DNA of 64,000 nucleotides, from the NCBI GenBank assembly GCA_965246885.1, contig OZ251992.1:576001-640000 (forward strand). Reading direction: 5' to 3'. Numbering within the stretch: position 1 is the stretch's first letter; each line of letters opens with the position of its first letter. Under the pieces are notes generated by a model. It did no database searches, was not told where the DNA came from, and was given only the letters and a program-made list of their open reading frames with translations. The position numbers and the translations under genes were made by a program. Positions 10,225-20,106 of the stretch are shown here, in pieces. The stretch is from Abditibacterium sp. (GTDB lineage: Bacteria > Armatimonadota > Abditibacteriia > Abditibacteriales > Abditibacteriaceae).

Positions 10225-11055
10225 TCACGCGCCCGCCTCCATCGCTCTCACCAGCGCCCGCAAATCGGGGAAGATCAAGTCCGGCGCTTCCTCGCCGGTC
10301 GCCATGTGCGCTGCTTCGGGCGTCGTCACGCCGGTTTCGACCAGTATCGTGCCAATGCCTGCCCGTGCCCCGCACGCGATGTCCGTATCCAAGCGGTCGC
10401 CGACCATTGCCGCTTCCGCTTTGGCGAGGTTATGGCCCGTCAGGATTTCCAGCAGCATCGCCGGTTCGGGCTTGCCCATCGAAAGCGGCGCCACTCCCGA
10501 TGCGGTAGCGATGGCGGCAACGATGGAACCGGCGCCGGGCACAACGCCGCCTTCGACGGGGAACGTCGCGTCGCGGTTGGTGGCGATGAAACACGCGCCG
10601 CGCCCGATAAATTGTTGGGCCAAGCGCAGCTTTTCGTAGTTGAAACCCCGGTCAATACCCGCGACGACGACCTCGATTTCGTCTGATTCCGAGACAGTTT
10701 CCAACGTGAACACGCGCGCTCCGGCGCTCCGTAGCAAACCTTGCACGCCCTCCTCGCCAACGACGAATGTGCGCGCGCCGGGAAACTCGCGCCCCACGTA
10801 AGAGGCCGTCGCCGTCGCGCTGGTGACGACTTCCTCCGGCGAAGCGGCGATGCCCATCCCTTGGAGCCGCTCGGCGAACCAATCGGGCGAGCGCGCCGAG
10901 TTGTTCGTCGCATAAAAACAGCGCTTGCCCATGTATTTCAGCCGCTCAACGGATTCGGCGGCGCCGTCAATGGGCGACGCCCCCCGCCAAATCACGCCGT
11001 CCAAATCGAAAATGAAGGCCGACACTTGCCGAAGGGCATCGAGAGAAAGGGGCAC
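10225..11055 (-). CDS. HAD-IIA family hydrolase (NagD-like)
   Basis: 'FDLDGVIW', 'ATNNS', 'GKPEP', 'MVGDRLDTDI'. Confidence 0.9.
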   Translation of the reverse strand: MPLSLDALRQVSAFIFDLDGVIWRGASPIDGAAESVERLKYMGKRCFYATNNSARSPDWFAERLQGMGIAASPEEVVTSATATASYVGREFPGARTFVVGEEGVQGLLRSAGARVFTLETVSESDEIEVVVAGIDRGFNYEKLRLAQQFIGRGACFIATNRDATFPVEGGVVPGAGSIVAAIATASGVAPLSMGKPEPAMLLEILTGHNLAKAEAAMVGDRLDTDIACGARAGIGTILVETGVTTPEAAHMATGEEAPDLIFPDLRALVRAMEAGA

Positions 11056-11096
11056 GCGAGAAATTTAACAAACAGAGGCGCCATTCTTCCGCTCAC

Positions 11097-11210
11097 CCAT
11101 GCGCGCCACCGAGCCGCCTATGCGCGCCGTTGCGTCGTCTATGCGCGCCGTTGCGTCGTCTATGCGCGCCGTTGCGTCGTCTATGCGCGCCGTTGCGTCG
11201 CCCGCATAGG
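11097..11210. repeat. 21-bp tandem repeat (4 near-perfect copies plus 1 degenerate)
   Basis: CTATGCGCGCCGTTGCGTCGT at 11118, 11139, 11160, 11181; followed by GCATAGG, the reverse complement of the unit start. Confidence 0.9.
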
Positions 11211-11223
11211 TGACTCGCTGCTT

Positions 11224-11739
11224 TTACAACCCGCGCTCCATTTCCAACCGCTCGACCCGGAAACCGGCGCGCTCATATAATCGCACGGCGGAAGCGTTTG
11301 AGCCAGTGACCGTCAAGCGCAAGCGCTCGACCTTGCGCGAGCGGAACCATCCGGCGGCGTGTTCGAGCAATTCCTCGCCCAAATGTTGGCCGCGATGCGT
11401 CGCTTCGATAAAAACGTTATTGACGTAGCCATAGCGCTCGTTCGTCCAGCTATTCGTGCACAGCACCACCCAAATGAACCCGCAGGGGCCAGAAGCGACG
11501 TCATCCAGCACCCACAAAGCATGGTTGCCATCCAAAAAGGCGCGGCGCAGGTCGTGACGAAAAGCGCCGGTGAACTCCAAGGAAATCTTGAATTCGGGAA
11601 AGTTGAGCGCATACGTTTCGCGTTGCCACGAGCAAACGGAATCGGCGTCGGCCTCCCACGCAAAGGAGCGCAGCGCGATGGTTTTTTCCGCTCCCACCAA
11701 GCGCAGCACCGGCGAGGGCCACTCGCGCGGGCGCGGCAA
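11224..11739 (-). CDS. GNAT family N-acetyltransferase (start uncertain)
   Basis: 'YVNNVFIEATHRGQHLGEELL', 'NASAVRLYERAGF'; the upstream part of the track ORF runs through a palindromic repeat. Confidence 0.8.
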   Translation of the reverse strand: MPRPREWPSPVLRLVGAEKTIALRSFAWEADADSVCSWQRETYALNFPEFKISLEFTGAFRHDLRRAFLDGNHALWVLDDVASGPCGFIWVVLCTNSWTNERYGYVNNVFIEATHRGQHLGEELLEHAAGWFRSRKVERLRLTVTGSNASAVRLYERAGFRVERLEMERGL

Positions 11740-11854
11740 AGCGGGAGCCGCTTCGGGGGACGGAGCAGCGCGCTTAACGGCGAAAAACGGGAAGCGCCCG
11801 ATAAGGCTCTTGATGGGGTGAAGTGTAGAGATTTTGAATGGGGTGCTAACTTGT

Positions 11855-12037
11855 ATCAGCCTCTTTGGTTCAGCGACGCCCGGCGACTGAAGTCGCGGGC
11901 AACTTACGGCAAAGCCTCCCTTCGGAGGCTGCGAGCCGGGACAAATGAGTGGCGTTCCTCCAGTCGGCATAGGTGGGCTTTGCCGTAAGTTGCCCGCGAC
12001 TTCAGTCGCTGGGCGTTGCTGAACCAAAGAGGCTGAT
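11855..12037. repeat. REP/REPIN-like inverted repeat, ~62-bp arms, GCGACTGAAGTCGC core
   Basis: 11855-11916 is the reverse complement of 11976-12037 with two differences. Confidence 0.85.
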
Positions 12038-12112
12038 GAAGGGTTCCTATTCCAATTCCAAATTCCGCCTTGCCAAAACCCGCGAAATCCCTCAAACCCA
12101 AAGGCGTTTTTT

Positions 12113-13846
12113 ATGGCTTCTACTTCTGTTATCGCGGCGAAAACAAGCGCGCCGCGCATTGCTTACTATTCGATGGAGATCGGTTTTCGCACCGACATCC
12201 CCACGTATTCGGGCGGTTTGGGCGTTCTGGCGGGCGATACCCTCAAGTCTGCTGCCGATTTGGGCGTGCCGGTTGTGGCGTGCTCGCTGCTTTACAATCG
12301 CGGCTACTTCCGCCAGCATCTCGATCTTGACGGTTGGCAGAGCGAGGAAGACGTGCATTGGGACTTCGCCGCCAAAGGCTTCGTCCTGCAAGACGCGCGT
12401 GTGTCGGTTTCCCTTGAAGGGCGCCGCGTGCAGTTGCAAGCGTGGCGCTACAACTTGAAAGGCGAAACGGGGCACGTCATCCCGCTCATCATGCTCGACG
12501 CCGATGTGGAGGGCAACTCGCCTCAAGACCGCGAACTCACGTTCCGCTTGTATGGTGGCGACAACCGCTACCGCCTCAAGCAGGAAATTATTCTGGGCAT
12601 TGGCGGCACGAGGATGCTCGCCGCGCTCGGTTTCACGCCGCAGAAATACCACATGAACGAGGGACACGCCGCGTTCTTGGTGTTGGAACTGCTGTCGAAG
12701 ACCAAGAAAAACATTGAGGACGTGTGGGACGAAAATCTGGTGTGGGATACGCAATCAGTGAAGGACAGGTGCATCTTTACCACGCACACTCCCGTCGAGG
12801 CGGGGCACGACCGCTTCCATTGGGACTTGGTGAGCGAAGTGATGGGCGACTTCTTTCCGATGCGCGACTTCAAGCGCTTCGGGGATGAACACGACGAACT
12901 CAATATGTCCGTCCTCGCGCTGAATCTGAGCGGCTTCCACAACGCCGTCGCCAAGAAACACGGCGAGGTGTCGCGCAACATGTTTCCGGGCTACGACATT
13001 CGCTCCGTGACCAACGGCGTTCATTCCAAGACGTGGACGCACGAGCTTTGGAAAAGCGTGTTCGACCAATACATCCCCGGCTGGACGCTCGAACCCGAAC
13101 TCTTCGTGCGCGTGGACAACGTGCCGGACGCCGTCGTGTGGGAAACGCACCAAACGTGCAAGCGCGAGTTGCTGGGCATCGTCGAAAGCATGACCGGTAT
13201 TAAAATGTCGGACGACATTTTGACGCTCGGCTTCGCGCGGCGTGCCACGCCTTACAAGCGCGCCGACCTGCTTTTCCGCGATGTGGAGCGCCTGCTTGAG
13301 ATTGCGGGCGGCAAGCTGCAAGTCGTGTATGCCGGAAAAGCCCACCCCAAAGACGGCGCGGGCAAGGACAACATCCACAAAATCATCGAGGCCGCGCGCA
13401 AGTTAGGCGGCGAAATCCCCGTCGTCTTTCTGGAGAACTACGACATGGAACTCGCGCTCAAGATCATCGCGGGCGCGGACGTGTGGCTCAACACCCCGAT
13501 GCGCCCCCGCGAAGCGTCGGGCACCTCCGGCATGAAGGCGACCCACAACGGCGTGCCGAACTTTTCCGTCCTCGACGGGTGGTGGATCGAGGGCTGGATA
13601 GAGGGCGTCACTGGCTGGAGCATCGGCCCCGAAGCAACGGAGACCAACCTCGACGCAGTGGATGAAAACCTCGACCTCGTTGATCTGCTCGACAAGTTGG
13701 AGCACAAACTTCTGCCCACCTACTACGCCGCCGACAACCACGCGGCGTGGATTCAGGTGATGAAGGGGGCGATTGGCAAAAACGCCTGCTACTTCAACAC
13801 CCACCGCATGATGCGCCAATACGTCACGGACGCTTATATCCAGTAA
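12113..13846 (+). CDS. glgP: Alpha-glucan (glycogen/maltodextrin) phosphorylase, GT35
   Basis: 'YSGGLGVLAGD', 'HMNEGH', 'FARRATPYKR', PLP motif 'EASGTSGMK'. Confidence 0.95.
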   Translation: MASTSVIAAKTSAPRIAYYSMEIGFRTDIPTYSGGLGVLAGDTLKSAADLGVPVVACSLLYNRGYFRQHLDLDGWQSEEDVHWDFAAKGFVLQDARVSVSLEGRRVQLQAWRYNLKGETGHVIPLIMLDADVEGNSPQDRELTFRLYGGDNRYRLKQEIILGIGGTRMLAALGFTPQKYHMNEGHAAFLVLELLSKTKKNIEDVWDENLVWDTQSVKDRCIFTTHTPVEAGHDRFHWDLVSEVMGDFFPMRDFKRFGDEHDELNMSVLALNLSGFHNAVAKKHGEVSRNMFPGYDIRSVTNGVHSKTWTHELWKSVFDQYIPGWTLEPELFVRVDNVPDAVVWETHQTCKRELLGIVESMTGIKMSDDILTLGFARRATPYKRADLLFRDVERLLEIAGGKLQVVYAGKAHPKDGAGKDNIHKIIEAARKLGGEIPVVFLENYDMELALKIIAGADVWLNTPMRPREASGTSGMKATHNGVPNFSVLDGWWIEGWIEGVTGWSIGPEATETNLDAVDENLDLVDLLDKLEHKLLPTYYAADNHAAWIQVMKGAIGKNACYFNTHRMMRQYVTDAYIQ

Positions 13847-13850
13847 AATC

Positions 13851-13881
13851 GGAAACGGCGCCCCGTCGGGGCGCCGCTTCC
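13851..13881 (+). terminator. Hairpin after glgP
   Basis: GGAAACGGCGCCCC-gtc-GGGGCGCCGCTTCC directly after the stop. Confidence 0.55.
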
Positions 13882-13914
13882 CCCATTTCATATTAGAAGT
13901 TAAACTGGCGCGCC

Positions 13915-14955
13915 ATGAACCGAGTTCTCTTGGCGGGCGCGCTGGTGGCTCCGCCCCTGCTTTTCGTGGCGGCGCACGGGGCGCCGCCTAAAGCCGCTAT
14001 GCCTAAAGCGGCACCTCCCACCCCGACCGCTCCTGCGGCAATGGGAAAACCGGTTTTGGTAGGCACCGACCCGGACGGTGCGGCTTTTCTCACATGGGCG
14101 GCGGATGGTCAGTCGGTGCAAGTGGCGCCGATGGATCGGCGCCAGAATTTGCACTGGGGCGACTGTTCGCTTCCGGCTTCCAAAGGCTCGTCGGTGCCGC
14201 AAGTCACTTCGGCGCGTGTGCCCTTGTGGGAAATCGGTGGGCGTCCGGCCTCTGATGATTCCGACCCGAAAAAGCCGTCCATAGACCTTTCATCGCCCGA
14301 TGGCAAATTGTCCGTCCCTCTTCAAAACACGCCTTGGGATTTGTTTGGCGCGGAGTGGGGGGAAGTCATAATATGGTCATGGCGGTTTCAGGCTTCGGCC
14401 TTTTCGCCCGACTACTCGCGGGTCTTCATCGCCAGTTCAGGCGCCATCTACTCTTGGTCAACCCAAACGGGAAAGCGGTTGGGGCGTGTGGTGTTCGACC
14501 CGTCCGAAGAGAAGCGGGTTAACGTTGCCTTCTCACCCGACTGCCAATCTCTGCTCGCTCCGGCGAATGCCGGGGTGTTCGATACGCGCACCGGGCGCAA
14601 GCGATTCGGCGTCCCAATTCCCAACTCTCTCTATCCACCCCAATGGAACCCCGATGGGCGTAGCTTCTACGTACAATACGACCACTCGGTCGGTTTTTTC
14701 GACGCGCTCAACGGGCATCCCTTGTGGCGCGCTTCCATTGGCGAGCGCCCCCTCGTTCGTTTCGTGCCGGAGCTACACGCCGTTATTCTGTCCGCCGCCA
14801 ACGGGTTGGAACTGCGGGACGCACGGACGGGAAAAGCGCAACGGTTTCTGCCTGACCCGACCGAAGACGTGGAGGACTTCGCCGCTTCCCCCGATGGCTC
14901 GCAGCTTTGGGCGAGCTACGCGAACGGGCAAATCTGGAGTTGGCGATTGAATTAG
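13915..14955 (+). CDS. Secreted WD40-like beta-propeller protein
   Basis: Signal peptide; repeated 'AFSPD', 'FDTRTG', 'DARTGK', 'ASPDGSQL' blades. Confidence 0.6.
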   Translation: MNRVLLAGALVAPPLLFVAAHGAPPKAAMPKAAPPTPTAPAAMGKPVLVGTDPDGAAFLTWAADGQSVQVAPMDRRQNLHWGDCSLPASKGSSVPQVTSARVPLWEIGGRPASDDSDPKKPSIDLSSPDGKLSVPLQNTPWDLFGAEWGEVIIWSWRFQASAFSPDYSRVFIASSGAIYSWSTQTGKRLGRVVFDPSEEKRVNVAFSPDCQSLLAPANAGVFDTRTGRKRFGVPIPNSLYPPQWNPDGRSFYVQYDHSVGFFDALNGHPLWRASIGERPLVRFVPELHAVILSAANGLELRDARTGKAQRFLPDPTEDVEDFAASPDGSQLWASYANGQIWSWRLN

Positions 14956-14990
14956 CGTCGTAGTCCCGTGTCACGACGGGACTACGACGC
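14955..14990. terminator. 15-bp perfect hairpin between convergent genes
   Basis: GCGTCGTAGTCCCGT / ACGGGACTACGACGC. Confidence 0.65.
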
Positions 14991-14995
14991 GCGGC

Positions 14996-17149
14996 TTAGC
15001 CCTTGGGCACCACGAATAAGTTGACGCTTTGCGGAGAAAGGTCGCACAAAAGGGAGCCGCCAACAACGGGCACGTCGGGGAGGCGGGTGATGGTGCCATC
15101 CCCGGCGGCGGCGAAGTGTTGGGCGGTTTTGGCGGGGGTGAAGTGGGCGAAGCGCAGGTGGAGCGGCGCGATTTCGCCGGGTTCTTTGTGGATGACCATC
15201 GCGGTGAGGGCGCCGTCTTGGGTGCGCAAGGCGCCGAAAGCCGAAAGGACGTCGGGGTTGGGGGCGACGGTTTTGATGCTCGTATCGCCGAAAGCGGCGC
15301 CGCGTCCGTCGTAGTTGCGGTAGAGTTGGAAGGCGGCGAAGGTGGGCGTCTTGACAATGGGCGCGCACCAGCGCGTGGCGATGTCCAGCCCTTCGCGCCC
15401 AAAGATGCCCAGCAAGTCGGCTTGCGCGGCGGCGCCGCTCAGGGAAGCGTCGTTGCCCCAGTTATATTCGGTGATGCCGGTTTGCATCCCCGGCGCGTTG
15501 TCGCGCACCCACTTCTTCATGCGCGGGATAAGCGCGACTTTGGCGTTAATCCACGACTCGTCGGTGTAGTTCGCGTCCCACAGGGCGCGCGTCGAGCGGG
15601 CGCGCAGGCGCTGGACGTCAGGGGTGTCGCCGGTATCGGACAAGCCGATGCCGTTGCCCTGCGGGTAGATGTGGTTGGTAAACACGTCGAGCAGCTTCTG
15701 GCCGGAGCGGTTTTCTTCGGCGCGGATTTGCCCTAAGAGCCAAGGCTGGAAGTCTTGCCCGCCGATGGCTTTGCGGTCGGTCATGTGGGTGGGGTTCCAG
15801 TCGCCGCGCTTGGCCGCGTCTTGCACGTCGAAGGGCGAATACAAGAAGCTGTTCCAGCCCCATTCTTCTGGCCCGACGACCTTCGCGCCGGGGTCGGCGG
15901 CTTTGATGGCGCGGGCGTATTGGATGATGCAGTCGCGCAGTTGGGCGGCGGTGGGCGCGACGGCAATCACGTCGCGGTGGTTGGTCGCCCACAACCCCGG
16001 CTCGTTGTCGAGCAAGTAGTAGCGCACGCCGCCCCCCTTGGCGGTGCCCCATTTGCCGACGAGGTGCTTCACCCACGCGGCCTGAAAGTCGGGCGTGGCG
16101 GGCATGTTGGCGTCGGTCGGGTCGTTGCCTTCGACGGGCTTGCCGTCGGGCTTGCTCCCGTTGCCCGCGTCGGGCACCCACTGCTCGGTCTTTTGTTGTG
16201 GGCCGTATTTGGCGACCGAGAACGAGGCCAACTTCTCACGGTTGGGGCCGAGCTTGCCGACCCAGCCGTTGATTGGGATAGTCACCATCGGCGCGGCGCC
16301 GAGGTCTTTGGAGGTTTGGATGAGCGCGTCAACGGCGGCTCCGGGCGTCGCGTCGCCGCTATCGGGCACGCTTTCAAAGAAGTAGTCGGCGCCGATGGCG
16401 TGGGCGTTCTGTTGCCAGTTGTAACGCGAGGTCGAGTTGCCGCCCCACCGGTTGAGCGTGGGGCGCAGGGCGGCGTGCGCTTTTTCGGCGAAGTTGACGC
16501 CGTAGATGAGCGGCGAGATGGGATGCCTCCCCACCCCCGCGTCCACGACGACTTCGACGGGAGCGACGCGCTTGGGCGGCGGCGGGACGAACTTGACGGG
16601 CGCATCGGGCGCCGAGAGCGCGGCTTTAGCGGCGTCGGGCGACAGCAACTCCACGTCGTCCAAGAAGAACTCTCCCGCCGCGTCGGGCGAGTTGTTGCCG
16701 ACGACGATGCCGGTCACGTCGGTTTTGCCACTCACGCCAAGGGCGTCGAGCGGCACGACGACGCGGCGCCACTCGTTGGGCTTGAGGGCGTCAAGGGGAA
16801 AGGAGGCGTCCTGAATCTTGTCGGCGCGCGAGGCTTGCACGCGCAGCTTTTGCCCGCCGCCCTCGCCGCCGCACACCCAAAACGAGACGGCACCAAAGGG
16901 GGCCACGTCGAGCGCGCTGTGGTGAAGGTGGATGGCCTCCCACCCACCCGCCCCGACGCGAATCGAAGCCGCCGCGCCGCCGTAGGCGGGCGCCGGGTTC
17001 TTGAGGTCAATGGTCTTGGCCCACCCCCAACTTTGCCAGCCGTTCTGGAGGGCGTCGGAAAAGATGAGTTGGTTGTTCTGCGCGCGCGCCGCCGAACACG
17101 CGGACAAGGAACACGCGCACAGCGCGGCGGTGAAAAGAGAGAAACGCAT
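14996..17149 (-). CDS. Glycoside hydrolase family 44 (endoglucanase/xyloglucanase) with N-terminal CBM-like domain
   Basis: 'ISPLIYGVN', 'RWGGNSTSRYNW', 'YLLDNEPGLW' (acid/base), 'GITEYNWG' (nucleophile); signal peptide. Confidence 0.88.
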   Translation of the reverse strand: MRFSLFTAALCACSLSACSAARAQNNQLIFSDALQNGWQSWGWAKTIDLKNPAPAYGGAAASIRVGAGGWEAIHLHHSALDVAPFGAVSFWVCGGEGGGQKLRVQASRADKIQDASFPLDALKPNEWRRVVVPLDALGVSGKTDVTGIVVGNNSPDAAGEFFLDDVELLSPDAAKAALSAPDAPVKFVPPPPKRVAPVEVVVDAGVGRHPISPLIYGVNFAEKAHAALRPTLNRWGGNSTSRYNWQQNAHAIGADYFFESVPDSGDATPGAAVDALIQTSKDLGAAPMVTIPINGWVGKLGPNREKLASFSVAKYGPQQKTEQWVPDAGNGSKPDGKPVEGNDPTDANMPATPDFQAAWVKHLVGKWGTAKGGGVRYYLLDNEPGLWATNHRDVIAVAPTAAQLRDCIIQYARAIKAADPGAKVVGPEEWGWNSFLYSPFDVQDAAKRGDWNPTHMTDRKAIGGQDFQPWLLGQIRAEENRSGQKLLDVFTNHIYPQGNGIGLSDTGDTPDVQRLRARSTRALWDANYTDESWINAKVALIPRMKKWVRDNAPGMQTGITEYNWGNDASLSGAAAQADLLGIFGREGLDIATRWCAPIVKTPTFAAFQLYRNYDGRGAAFGDTSIKTVAPNPDVLSAFGALRTQDGALTAMVIHKEPGEIAPLHLRFAHFTPAKTAQHFAAAGDGTITRLPDVPVVGGSLLCDLSPQSVNLFVVPKG

Positions 17150-17194
17150 GGAATGGGATGGGTTGGAAACGCGCGCATGCTTGGCGCGCGGGGT

Positions 17195-18820
17195 TCAGGG
17201 GATGGAGATGCCCTTTTGGATCGCCTCTTGGATGAGCTTGCCGCCCGCCTCGTTTAAGCGCGCGGTGTAAACGAGGCCAGTGCCAGCCTGCGCGTTGGCG
17301 TCAACGGGGAATGACACATCTACTGCTCCCGTTCCGCCCGCCACGTCCACCGTCGCGCCGCCCAAATAGGCGTAGCCGTTGGCCGGGTTCTTGAGCGCGA
17401 CCTCGATTTTGCGCGCGGTAGTGGCCGAGTAAGCGACGTGCACCTTCACGGTTTGGCCCGCATGGACGGAGGTGGGGCCGCTCACGCTTTGGATGGCGTC
17501 GGTGGCGGCTTTGGCTCCTCCACCACCAATGGGCGCGGGCGGCGGGTCGCCTTCGGGAGCGGCGGTGCCGCCGATGGCTGCGAGATAGGTCGCCATGTTC
17601 AGCTTGTCGTGCCACTGATGGGCGTCCGTTTCGCCGTTGGCGTGCAAGCCGTCGAGAACGGGATTGGTTTCGTCGTTTTGCCAGCGCGAGCCGCCCGCCC
17701 AATAGGTGCCGCCGACGATGACGTCCTTATCGTGGGTGTTGACTTCAAGAACAAATCGGGATAACTGGGCCTGCCAATCGCCCGCAACGGCGGGCACGCT
17801 GAACTCGCCGATGAAGCCCTTCTTCTTGTTGGTGCGAAGCCAATCCACGAAGTCGCCGATGGCCGCGACACTGCGGGTGCGGTCGCCACCGGTTTGCTTG
17901 GCCGCGTCGAAGCCGCCGCCCTGCTCGTTGTAGGTGCCGCTCCGGTCGGCGTCCCAATAAGTGTGGCCCTCGAAGATGAGGCGGTTGGCGGGGTCGCGCA
18001 GGGTTTTGAGGCCGTCGGAGTAGTGCGTCCATCGGTCGGTCGGCGAGAACTGGTAGCCCGCGACGAGGATGGGGGTGGCGCTGTCCACTTCCCGGATAGC
18101 GGTGATGGTGTCTTGGGCGACGTCGGCCCACAGTTGTTTGCCGCCCTCGTCTTCGGAGTCGCCGTTTGGCCCCATGTTGCGCGGCTCGTTCATGATGTCC
18201 CACGCCCAGATGACGCCCTTAGTGTCGGCGAGGCGCGGGATGAGTTTCTTCCACAAGTCGCCCAGCGCGGCGCGGTCGGTGTTGCGCCCGACGATGAACT
18301 CCTTGCGGGAAGCGGGGTCTTTGCCGGGTTCAAAATAGCGGGCGTAGTTGTGGCAATCGGGGATGACGCGCAAGCCGTGCGCTTTGGCGTCCTTCAAAAA
18401 CGCGCGCATGCGGCCCACCTCGACCTCGTTGAGTGGCCCGAACAGTCCGTCTTGCATCCGCTCCCAACGGAAGGGCAGGCGCACGAGCTTGAGGTTCTTG
18501 CTCGCGTAGTAGGCAAGCTCGCCCGGCGCTTTGGCGTCGTCGTTGGGGTAGCCGTAGTCGTCGTTGTAGGTGCCGGGCAGTTGCTTGTAGTCGGCGAACT
18601 CGGCGCCCGCAAGGTTGACGCCCCACGCGACAGCGCCCGATGGGGCGCCGAGGGCGCTCGAAGAGGTAGCGGCGTGCGCCGGTGACGCGCCCACCCCGGC
18701 ACCCGCCTCAGGCGATGCGGCAGAAGACGCGCCGCGCCGCGCGGACAACGCCCACGCCCCGCCCGCGCCCAACAGCGCAACGGCCACCACGCCAAGCAGC
18801 CAATTGTTTTTCGTTTTCAT
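17195..18820 (-). CDS. Glycoside hydrolase family 5 (endoglucanase-like) with one C-terminal ~104-aa module
   Basis: 'GVNLAGAEF', 'RLPFRWERMQ', 'HNYARY', 'IMNEP', 'FIGEF'. Confidence 0.9.
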   Translation of the reverse strand: MKTKNNWLLGVVAVALLGAGGAWALSARRGASSAASPEAGAGVGASPAHAATSSSALGAPSGAVAWGVNLAGAEFADYKQLPGTYNDDYGYPNDDAKAPGELAYYASKNLKLVRLPFRWERMQDGLFGPLNEVEVGRMRAFLKDAKAHGLRVIPDCHNYARYFEPGKDPASRKEFIVGRNTDRAALGDLWKKLIPRLADTKGVIWAWDIMNEPRNMGPNGDSEDEGGKQLWADVAQDTITAIREVDSATPILVAGYQFSPTDRWTHYSDGLKTLRDPANRLIFEGHTYWDADRSGTYNEQGGGFDAAKQTGGDRTRSVAAIGDFVDWLRTNKKKGFIGEFSVPAVAGDWQAQLSRFVLEVNTHDKDVIVGGTYWAGGSRWQNDETNPVLDGLHANGETDAHQWHDKLNMATYLAAIGGTAAPEGDPPPAPIGGGGAKAATDAIQSVSGPTSVHAGQTVKVHVAYSATTARKIEVALKNPANGYAYLGGATVDVAGGTGAVDVSFPVDANAQAGTGLVYTARLNEAGGKLIQEAIQKGISIP

Positions 18821-18845
18821 ACGGTTAGTGGAGTGGGAAAGATGA

Positions 18846-18876
18846 AAATGGCGCCCGCTTGGAAGCGAGCGCCATT
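18846..18876 (-). terminator. Terminator-like hairpin between DUF1559 gene and GH5
   Basis: Minus strand AATGGCGCTCGC-ttccaa-GCGGGCGCCATT followed by TTCATCTTT. Confidence 0.65.
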
Positions 18877-18896
18877 GATTGGAACCAAAAGCGGGG

Positions 18897-19670
18897 TTAC
18901 GCGCAGCCCTTGGTGATGTCGAAGCACGGCATTTTGGCGGTGTCCGTCGGGTTGCCGGTGTTGTAGTACTTCTCGGTGCGCAGTGACTTCACGTGGCCAT
19001 CGGCGAACAGCACGTTACCCATTTCCAAGTGGCGGGGCAACGGCCCGGCTGTATCATAAAGGTGTGCGGCGTCGTTGCCATTGGGAACAGGATCAATGGT
19101 GAATGCATTTGGCGCTTGCGTCCATTTCAACGGGTCGGCGTTCGATGTTGTGTTGCCAGCGCCATCAACGCACATAACCGTTGTTGCAACGCTCGAAACA
19201 GCTGACTGAGACACGCCGGGGCCACCATTGCCACTCAAAGGCCCGCCGATGTCGAGGTTGTAGAGGTAGCTGGTGTGGAATTGAAGCGATGGTGCGACGT
19301 TCCAAAAGCCGGAGTTCATGTAACCCGTGTTGGCACTGCTGGTGTTAGCAATGGTGTCGCTGGGGCACTCGAATAGCTGGATGCTTTTTACATAAGGTTG
19401 AACAAGGTTAGGCCAAGCGGCGGCGGCTGTGATGCCTGGAGCTACCCACGCAGATGTCGGATAACGCTCGTCGTAGTCCTGCGAGTACTGCAAGATGCCC
19501 AAGCCGATTTGCTTGAGGTTCGACTGACAGGACGACTTGCGGGCGTTTTCGCGGGCACGGGCGAAGGCGGGGAACAGGATGGCGGCGAGAATTGCGATGA
19601 TAGCGATAACAACGAGCAATTCTATGAGCGTAAAAGCGCCCCGCTTGATGGTGGTAGCTTGGGTTTTCAT
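18897..19670 (-). CDS. Prepilin-type N-terminal cleavage/methylation protein, DUF1559 / H-X9-DG type
   Basis: '[24 protein letters not shown]', '[11 protein letters not shown]', C-terminal '[16 protein letters not shown]'. Confidence 0.92.
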   Translation of the reverse strand: MKTQATTIKRGAFTLIELLVVIAIIAILAAILFPAFARARENARKSSCQSNLKQIGLGILQYSQDYDERYPTSAWVAPGITAAAAWPNLVQPYVKSIQLFECPSDTIANTSSANTGYMNSGFWNVAPSLQFHTSYLYNLDIGGPLSGNGGPGVSQSAVSSVATTVMCVDGAGNTTSNADPLKWTQAPNAFTIDPVPNGNDAAHLYDTAGPLPRHLEMGNVLFADGHVKSLRTEKYYNTGNPTDTAKMPCFDITKGCA

Positions 19671-19745
19671 GATGGTAAGTGACGTATCGGTGGAAGTCGC
19701 GGCCCCTTAAAAGGGGTTAAGACCTGTGAGCGACTTGCCGCCCGG

Positions 19746-19791
19746 TTGACTGTCAAAACACAGTATGCCCATCCCGGAGCGGTTTTAAACA
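19746..19791 (-). promoter_or_regulatory. Putative promoter TGTTTAAA-N16-CATACT with downstream palindrome TTGACAGTCAA
   Basis: Same layout at 21957-22002; same promoter spacing at 30097-30126, 33967-33996 and 35361-35390. Confidence 0.6.
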
Positions 19792-19940
19792 TTTTTGGAG
19801 AAAATTTATTTTTCCCCTGCGATGCGGGCGGACGGGACGGCATTGGGCGTGGCTTTATCTCTCTGGCCTTATTACAGTTGCACTTTTCCTGCCGTCTGAC
19901 CCGGCCCATCGCGCCGTTTTGGTGGGGATTGCAAAGTCCC

Positions 19941-20082
19941 AAGCAGCAACGCGCTGTCAATCCGAGGGGAGCCTTGGCGACCAGAGGAGTCTATTGACGC
20001 TCCGTCGTCAGGAGCAAACGGGCGGCAGGGAGCAGATTCTTCTGGTCGCCAAGGCTCCCCTCGGATTGACAGCGCGCTGCTT
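19941..20082. repeat. REP-like inverted repeat (GTCAATCCGAG...AGATTCTTC type)
   Basis: 19951-19992 pairs with 20034-20075. Confidence 0.8.
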
Positions 20083-20106
20083 TTATGGCTCGCTCGCCGC
20101 GCCGCT

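Noticed and set aside
11740..12159. N-terminal extension of the GNAT ORF
   Set aside because: It reads through a palindromic repeat and overlaps the glgP start.
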